Of a stretch of 64,000 nt of DNA, positions 56,250-64,000 are shown in pieces. This DNA is from Thraustochytrium aureum. Taxonomy: Eukaryota. How positions within the stretch are numbered: position 1 is the stretch's first letter; every line of letters begins with the position of its first letter. Location: assembly GCA_012862495.1 (NCBI GenBank), contig BLSG01000137.1, positions 146,586-210,585 on the forward strand, written 5' to 3'. The position numbers and the translations under genes were made by a program. Below the pieces are notes generated by a model. That model ran no database searches. It was not told the origin of the DNA and saw only the letters and a program-made list of their open reading frames with translations.

Positions 56250-58711
56250 ATGGCGCAGTTCGAGGTCGGGCGTTGCAGCACCACGCGCGACCTGGAGCGA
56301 CTCGTGCAGCAGGATAGCGTGGACCAGACGACGAGGTACAAGGCCGCGGAGAAGCTGGTCAAGCTGCAGGACAGGAAGCGCAACATGCACCTCGCAAAGT
56401 GCGAGTCTACGTTTGGCCAGTATGTCCGCGAAAAGCAACACAGGAAGAAGATGGACTGGAAAAACAGGGCGCCAGACGCCGGCGGGGCAACGCCGCACAA
56501 ACAACTTGCAACAAGCGTCTCGCTTCCCAAGCTCACTGGGCTCCCGCGCTTCGGGGGCCCACGAGGACTCTGTGAGCGCCAAGATTGCCGAGAAACTCTG
56601 CAAGAGGCGCGGAGTTGCCGCGCTCGACAAGGCCGAGCGCACAGCCAGGTCGCCGCGTAGCGCGCGGTCGATCGAGTCAGGCATGTCGGCGCGCTCGAGC
56701 CAGTCTTCGGGGTCCGCCAGCAGCGCCGGGGCGGACCTCTCTGCCTTTTATTCGCGCCTCACGGAGCTCCAGACGGGCCACGTCGACAACAACCTCTATA
56801 GTGACGAAGACGCAGTCAACCACCGTGCAGACCAGGAATCTTGGGAGCGCAGGAACCGCCAGCACACAATCAAGACCCTCAAGCGGTCCGCCTTGGGCGA
56901 CGCGCGCTACTCGGATGACAAAGTGCAGCCCCGGTGCGCATTTTTCCGCTGGACGTTCGCGCGCGGCGAAGGCCTCGGCGCGTTTATGCCCGACACGATC
57001 GTCTTCGACATCGAGCTCCCTGGGATCGCCATCCTCTTCCTCAACGAGCGCGGCGGGGGGCATCGCCACAAGCGGTGCACGAACGAGGTATCACGTCCCG
57101 CTCGCCAGCATCGACTCGGGCGAGTTCCGCGAGCTGTTTTTCGGCCCAGGTGACAAGCCACTGCCGCCGGACGGCCAGCCAATAGTTCTCATCAAGGAGA
57201 GCGTCGGCGGCGAGGCCGGGACCTCGGTGCGCCCGATCTACACGACGGCCCAGGCCCAGTCAGTGCTTCGGGGCCTCGCTGCTGACCAGCCGACAGACAA
57301 GGTCGTCGTTGTGCAGAGGTATGTGCGGTCCTCTGGCAAGAGGCCCTGGCTTGTGCGCGCGGTCCGCACCCCGGCGGGCAAGCACCTCTTGTACACGCTC
57401 ACGTCCCGGCGCCCGTTCCCCACGGCATCCGCGGCGGGTCGCCGCGCGCCGGACGAGGCGTGGTTCGTGGACGCCAAGGTCTGTGAGTTTGACGAGCCGG
57501 CCGCGGATGTGGTCTGTAGCGGGGCTTCGCTGCATGGCAAAGGCGTTTTCCACCGCCCTTTGCAGATCCTCGACGGCGTCCTGGGCGACTTGGCTCGCCA
57601 CGCCGGCGTTCGCCTCGGGTCTGCTTGCGCCGAGTTTGTTCGCACGTCCAGCGGCAAGTGGCGCATGCTGCAGCTGCGCGCGTTCGAGGGGCTCGAGCGG
57701 CCGCCAGTCGTGCGCATTCCGCGGTTTGAGGCGCTTCGGCCTGACGAGGTTGTCGGGCAAGACGTGGAAGAGGACCTGCTCGGTGGCGGCACTGCGCAAG
57801 CTACCGATCCGGAGGTCCTTGACCCGGCCAGCCAGCATCGTCCGTCTTGGATGTGCCACGGCGACTTTTGTGTGGGGCCGCGAGCCACTCGCCACGCGGA
57901 GGGCCGACTCTTCCAGGTCCCTTACAAGGTTATCCTGCGCGACCGCCTGACGGGCCAGCTCGAAGGCCGGGTCGAGCTTTCTAGCTACGACCGGGCCAAC
58001 CTGCTCAATACCGTGCCCGTCTGCCGCGCCTGCGTCCGCGCCTACGGCCTGGCGGGCGCCGATCGCTCGTCGCCAAGGCGGCCGACCAGCGCGGCGGCCA
58101 CTCTCGGTGGCGCCGTCGCAGACGCAGAGCTTGGTTTGTCGCCGAGCCAAGCTCCTGGCCTGCTTGACGTGCCGGAGCCGCTCGACCTTGCTGCGGACGA
58201 CCTCGTCGCGGCACGGCTCACAAAACAACACGAAGACGCACTATCAAGCGCTGCGGCCGGCCAGCTAGGTTCTGGAGACCACGCCCGCGCTTGCGCCGCG
58301 CAGCAAGGCCCAGAGACGCTTGCCTCCCAGCCAGGCCAGGCAGCCGTGCCGTACGCGTCCAACATGCTCGCACTAAACAGCGCGCTGTACGATCGAATGA
58401 TCAAAAGCCAAAGGCGCTGGCTCAAGCAGCAGCAGCAGCAGCAGCAGCGTCCCCTGGAACTGCAACGACACGACATCCTGGCCGTCAAGAGCCCGGAAAC
58501 GACAGCAGCAAACTCGCCGAGTCGTACCACAGACTGTCATGATAGTGACGCGGCCAGCAGCGCAGCCGCCGCCACTCTTCAGGTGGACACTTGCGGAGCT
58601 GCCGCGGCGGGCACAGCTGCGACTATCCCGTCCAACCTGCTGCTTCCGAGCCCGACAGAGGATTTCGACCTCTTCGGCGGTGAAGGAGCAGACGTGCCGC
58701 GTATCGGTTGA
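56250..58711 (+). CDS. Unknown protein with an ATP-grasp-like core and Cys motifs; two frameshifts
   Basis: Consecutive ORFs 56196-56660, 55768-57153 and 56585-58711. Motifs MPDT, VLIK, VVQRYV, EFVRTSSGKWRMLQLRAF, CHGDFC...VPYK...VPVCRACVRAY. Confidence 0.6.
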
Positions 58712-59744
58712 GTGTTTCGGCGGGGTGTGATTCTGCCAACTGTCCATGACCTCATCTTGTTGTTTCCGTTCTCACCCCTCGATGTTGCATGCGCTGGCAA
58801 GTGCCACGCCTCCTCGAGTACCAGTTGGCCTTCAAAGAATGGCGAAATGCGCGGCCGCTGGGATGATCTTTGGACAGGAGCAGAGTCGACGATGACCTTG
58901 GAGAACCAGAGCAACCTCGAACCAAACTGAACCGCCGCGGTCTTGAACCTCAAAGTACTACCCTCAATCGATTGCAAGGCCTTGAGGTTTCCATTTTGGT
59001 CCCGCCACGCGCCCATCCTTGCTCGCAGACCAGTCCGGGCGTTGGAGATGGGAGGTCCTCGAGCAGGAACTGCATGGATGATGAGGCCAGTCGGCCCTCG
59101 CCGTCGTCGATGAGCACTTACCGTTGCTCTCCAACTGATGTGAGAACCAGCACACGACACGAACTTCGACGGCATCTCGGACAGAGCACGTGCACTCTCG
59201 TCGCATCAGGCGTTGGCGATGTCCAGCCTGCCGACTCGGAGGCGTCCAAGCCACGCTCTCCGTGTGCGCGCCCAGGCGCCCAGGCGCCCAGGNNNNNNNN
59301 NNNNNNNNNNNNNNNNNNNNNNNNNNNNNNNNNNNNNNNNNNNNNNNNNNNNNNNNNNNNNNNNNNNNNNNNNNNNNNNNNNNNNNNNNNNNNNNNNNNN
59401 NNNNNNNNNNNNNNNNNNNNNNNNNNNNNNNNNNNNNNNNNNNNNNNNNNNNNNNNNNNNNNNNNNNNNNNNNNNNNNNNNNNNNNNNNNNNNNNNNNNN
59501 NNNNNNNNNNNNNNNNNNNNNNNNNNNNGTTGCAGCGTTGCTGGAAACTACTTAAAGTACGACTCGTGAACGGAGCGCCCCCGCTCGATCTCACAGGCGC
59601 AGCAGGCCCTCATTGAACCGCCGCGCCGAGTTGCTGCTGCTGCTGCTGCTGCCACGGAGGCCTTGCACGACCGGTGCGGGCCCGGACTCGAGTGCCGCCT
59701 CGAGGTGGAACTGAGGGGGAGCAAAGGACGCGAGTACCTACGCA

Positions 59745-60950
59745 ATGGGCGATTCTCGCAGACCGCACAGGCCGCGACTAAGCCGGGTCGCAAAGGGCGT
59801 GGACGCCGTAGGCTCGGCACTGTCGAGGATAGCAAACAGCCGGCCTAGCGCGAGCGGGCCGCGCGCCTCGAACGAGGATGAGGCAAAGAGGTTTTTCGCT
59901 CTGGGCGACTTTGGCGACGACGACGCAAACCGAGCTCGCGGCACGATGCGAGCGCCCAGACCACGCGACGTTGTGCGCGATAGCCTTGTTCGAGTGGGGG
60001 CGCAGCATCCTGTGGAGGCCGTCATGGCGCTCGGGGACAACTTTTACGATGCTGGGGTCAGGAAGGAGAGCAAGAGTATGCAGTTCAAGGACTTTGTGCA
60101 AACTTATCGCCTCGTTGACGCCCCGTTCTACGTGGTTCTCGGCAACCACGACCACCTCGGCGACGTCAAGGCGCAGATAGACTTTACGAGGTCGTCGTTG
60201 AACCCGCGGCTCGCGCGGTGCGGCGGCGCTCGCTTGTGGAACATGCCGAGGAACGTCTACTTCAAGACCTTCGGCCAAGTCCTGTTCATCTGCCTGGACA
60301 CGACGCCCTGCTCCACGCTGCACTCGCAGCTGAGCGAGGCGTGCGTACTTGCTGAACGAGTCGAGCACACCTGGCTCGTTGTGTGCGCGCACCACCCGGT
60401 CATTAGCGACGACCGAAACTACAACGGGAACATGGCTCCAGTGCACGAGTTCGTTGCCCGGTACGCGCACGTGTACCTCAGCGGGCATGACCACACGGTG
60501 CAGTTTCTGCGACTTGGGGACGGCAAGCCTGGTGCGTGGCTGGACAAGACCAAAAGGGACGGTCCGATCCAGGTCGTGTCTGGGGCTGGTGGGAACACGT
60601 ACATGCCGCACCGGTACAGGGCAAACAACGCTTTGTTTCGTTCCGAGCTCGGCTACGGGGGCTACGTCGTTCTCGACGTGGAGCCTGGGGCGCTTTGGCT
60701 CCACGCCATGGAGGTGCCCCTAACGGGACGCAACAAGAGGGCGCGTCGCTTTGCGAGCTTGCGCATGGCGCCAGACCGAACCTTTACGACCTTTGGGCCG
60801 GACGAGCGCCCGTCCGTCCCGCCAGCGCTGGGTTTCCCTTGCGACCTCGCAGCGCCAGCGATCCCGGCTCCGCCCAGCGCGCAGGCCGTGGAGGCCGACA
60901 AAGACGTGGAGATGTGCGAATATGCGCGCCTCTCCGCGTCCGGCCCGTGA
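59745..60950 (+). CDS. Purple/tartrate-resistant acid phosphatase-like metallophosphoesterase
   Basis: GDFG, GDNFY, GNHD, AHHP, GHDH metal-binding motifs and VVSGAGG. Confidence 0.92.
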   Translation: MGDSRRPHRPRLSRVAKGVDAVGSALSRIANSRPSASGPRASNEDEAKRFFALGDFGDDDANRARGTMRAPRPRDVVRDSLVRVGAQHPVEAVMALGDNFYDAGVRKESKSMQFKDFVQTYRLVDAPFYVVLGNHDHLGDVKAQIDFTRSSLNPRLARCGGARLWNMPRNVYFKTFGQVLFICLDTTPCSTLHSQLSEACVLAERVEHTWLVVCAHHPVISDDRNYNGNMAPVHEFVARYAHVYLSGHDHTVQFLRLGDGKPGAWLDKTKRDGPIQVVSGAGGNTYMPHRYRANNALFRSELGYGGYVVLDVEPGALWLHAMEVPLTGRNKRARRFASLRMAPDRTFTTFGPDERPSVPPALGFPCDLAAPAIPAPPSAQAVEADKDVEMCEYARLSASGP

Positions 60951-61963
60951 CCAGATTCCACCAAAGCCGAGCCCGCCCGCCCGCCGACCGTGTTCTCGGC
61001 CGCGTGGCGAGTCTCCGTTCGTTCGCGCAACCAGGGCCGCGTCGTCACGAGCCTTCGCGGCCAGCGGCGTTCAACCGCTCGGGCATCGTCGTTTGCCAGC
61101 CATCTCCTCCAGACGTCGGCTTGCTCGGCCTCATTCGTCGGCATCCATTTCGAGGGTCTGCAGCATCTGCCGCGCCTCGAAATCCGCAACGACGTCTCCT
61201 CCATGAAGGCTGCATCGTCGCCGCGTGCATTACCTGCACCTTCGCAGGGCGTCCGCGCGGCTCGCCTTATCCCGGTACCGCCCGTGCGCTGGGACATAGT
61301 ATTAACGTGTAAAGAAGCGGATTGCAGAGTAGTCTATGGCCGACGTGGAGTGGGTTGCTTGCAGTAAACATGCTCGTGCACAGCAGCCTCGACCAGACAC
61401 CTAACGCGAGCGGCCGCGCAGAAGAGTTGAGNNNNNNNNNNNNNNNNNNNNNNNNNNNNNNNNNNNNNNNNNNNNNNNNNNNNNNNNNNNNNNNNNNNNN
61501 NNNNNNNNNNNNNNNNNNNNNNNNNNNNNNNNNNNNNNNNNNNNNNNNNNNNNNNNNNNNNNNNNNNNNNNNNNNNNNNNNNNNNNNNNNNNNNNNNNNN
61601 NNNNNNNNNNNNNNNNNNNNNNNNNNNNNNNNNNNNNNNNNNNNNNNNNNNNNNNNNNNNNNNNNNNNNNNNNNNNNNNNNNNNNNNNNNNNNNNNNNNN
61701 NNNNNNNNNNNNNNNNNNNNNNNNNNNNNNNNNNNNNNNNNNNNNNNNNNNNNNNNNNNNNNNNNNNNNNNNNNNNNNNNNNNNNNNNNNNNNNNNNNNN
61801 NNNNNNNNNNNNNNNNNNNNNNNNNNNNNNNNNNNNNNNNNNNNNNNNNNNNNNNNNNNNNNNNNNNNNNNNNNNNNNNNNNNNNNNNNNNNNNNNNNNN
61901 NNNNNNNNNNNNNNNNNNNNNNNNNNNNNNNNNNNNNNNNNNNNNNNNNNNNNNNNNNNNNNN

Positions 61964-62352
61964 AGCCCGAAAAGCTGGCAGAGCACCAGGCGTACATCCG
62001 CAAGCAGACTGGGTCCAAGGAGAAGAACGTCGTCTTTTTCGTCTTCCACGGCGGCTCGGGCTCGTCGCGCGAGGACATCCGCAAGGCGCTCGAGGCGGGC
62101 ACCATCAAGATGAACATCGACACCACGTGCCAGTGGAACTTTTGGGACGGCGTGCGCACCTACGAGGCCAAGAACCGCGCCTTCCTCCAGGGCCAGATCG
62201 GCAACCCGGACGGCGAAGACAAGCCCAACAAAAAGTACTACGACCCGCGCGTGTGGATGCGCAAGGCCGAGGAGTCGATGATCGCCGGCCTCAAGGAGAC
62301 CTTTGAGGACTTGCGCGCCACTGGCGTGCTCGGCGCCAAGCCCAAGCTCTAG
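61964..62352 (+). CDS. fba: Class II (type A) fructose-bisphosphate aldolase, C-terminal part
   Basis: FVFHGGSGS, KMNIDT, QGQIGNPDGEDKPNKKYYDPRVWMRKAEESM. Confidence 0.95.
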
Positions 62353-62796
62353 CTCGTAGCTTCCTCTCGCTGGCCAGGGCCAGCTCTCTAAGCCAGTATC
62401 TCTAGAGCAGAGAGTGAGTAGCCGAGATAGTCCTTCGCAAACATCAAACGCACGTGTCCACGTCCTCCGCTCCACTGTCGCCAGCGAGCTTGCGGGTTTT
62501 ACTCTTGGCAAGCGAGCGCAAAACTGAGCCGAGACCACGCGTCGGCCCGGGCGAGCAACGTCCGCATGCCAGCGTCCGAGCGCACCGCTAGAAACGAATC
62601 AAAGGCAACGAGAAAAATGCGTTGTGCAAAACTGGCACTCCTACCAGACTCCTAGTGTTTTTCCTAAGTAGCAGCGGGCGCGGCATTACGAAAGATCCGG
62701 TGGCCTCGTCGACCCACCACCAGCTCGATGGCCCTCTGCCGTCTCTGTCCCGTGGCGGCGCGAGAATCGGCCCTCGTTTTCTAGCGTTTTTGGCGC

Positions 62797-64000
62797 TTGA
62801 CTGCACACGAGCTACTGCACGGTTTGGTGCGGCGCTCGGACTTGCGCGAAAAAAACGCGGCGGATGCCACACATCAATGTGGCGAGTTTGCCGGCTTGAG
62901 CGCTGGCTTTGAAGACTCAGCCTCGCCCCCAGTCAAGCCGGAGCGCTGCGCGGGAGGTGGGCGTGCCGTCTCGCCAACTCCTCACAACCCAATCCGCACA
63001 TCAACGAGCGAGCATCAGCGAGGCAGAACGAAGCGACAACTCAACCGTGCTGGCTCTGTTGCCCAACGCGAAAGCGGAGCAGCTGCTAAAGTGCGGCCAG
63101 GCGTCCAGCAGGTCCGATTTCGAACGCGCCACCACGTGCGCTTGCAAGACGCACGCAAGAACGCCCGAGCGGCCTCTGCGGCTGAGGAGTGCCGCCGGTG
63201 CGGCGCGAAGGTGGCAGCACGGCAAGCGGCCGAGCAATCGAGAGAGACTCGCGCGAGCCGGCAAGGCGCTGGCTCTCGCGTCGACTTCTGGAGACGCATC
63301 ATGCAATTTGAGTCTCCGGCCACTGCGTTCGAGACCGACTTTGAAACCGACAAGGAGCGCGCGGACTGCACAATGGCCTCCGTCTCGCTGAAAGGCGCGT
63401 CATCTGGTACACAGATTCCCTGCCCTGACGGCCAGCTCGTATTCCGATACCGGCAGGCGCGCGCCGCCGTGAGCATGCTGCCCGAAGTCGGCGCCAAGCT
63501 CGCCAAGCTGATGCCAGACAAAGCGGAAATCACGAGGTCTTCGGTCGACAGCACCGAGTCTGAGTCGAAACAACATGATGACTACATGGGACTTGAGGAA
63601 GACTACGCTGCTGGCACCGACCAGAGGGGGCAGGAGGAGGTCCAAGAGAATGCAGGGCCTCGGCGACCATATTCAGCCCAACCGCGCCGACCAGTTCGTG
63701 TACGTCAAGCGCTCAATACAGGACTTTTTAAACTTGCAGGTCCTCAGCCTTGAGAAGACCAACACGCGGCTGAAGGCAGAGCTCCAGACGAATCTCAGTT
63801 GCCTCGAAAGGCTCACGGCCCGCCTAGCCACGGAACAGCGCCTGCGCGGACTCGCGATACTCGCCAACTTGATCGGCCGCAGCAACCACCGCCGAATGAG
63901 CATTGCTTTCGGAGCTCTGCGCAGAGTGGCCGTGGAGGCTCGCATTGAAGAAGAGGCCGAGAGGCGCATCGAAGAGCACCGCGAGCTCGAGCGCGAGGCT
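62797..64000 (+). CDS. Unknown coiled-coil protein, runs off the window; start uncertain; frameshift near 63630
   Basis: ORF 62797-63753 is followed by an alternative open frame RMQGLGDHIQPNRADQFVYVKRSIQDFLNLQVLSLEKTNTRLKAEL... to the window end. Confidence 0.5.

Noticed and set aside
58579..59292. ORFs between the 56-kb gene and the phosphatase (similar case at 44263-44886 and 60990-61367)
   Set aside because: Competing frames on both strands, no motifs, truncated by gaps.

Overview
Gene-dense, GC-rich, intron-poor eukaryotic nuclear DNA from a draft scaffold with many N gaps. Evidence: GT-AG introns with CTGAC branch sites, an intron-containing tRNA, CEP135, formin, severin and ALG9. Gene content fits a flagellated stramenopile, perhaps a thraustochytrid/labyrinthulomycete (inference). 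About 28 protein genes can be supported: a nucleotide-sugar transporter, renalase-like oxidoreductase, CMP-Kdo synthetase (kdsB), CEP135, BK-type K+ channel, PTEN-formin, two paralogous membrane alpha/beta hydrolases flanking ALG9, aminopeptidase P, TBL2-like WD40, severin, an ATG22-like MFS transporter, cytochrome b5, a TKL kinase, a purple acid phosphatase, class II aldolase and several unknowns. Many genes are split by 1-2 nt indels in homopolymer runs, most likely sequencing errors. No CRISPR array, rRNA or intact mobile element was seen. The best leads are: a membrane protein with a GADD34/ICP34.5-like RVRF...VH...RRGxW motif; kdsB near a nucleotide-sugar transporter; a transposase-derived island at about 31.4-35.7 kb; a PLA2-like Cys-rich protein; an FH1-less formin with CCDC53-like repeats; a CaaX-tailed cytochrome b5; a putative lineage-specific DNA-binding/PAS-like regulator; and an unusual tRNA-Gly. 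All family calls come from motif recognition by eye, with no database searches.
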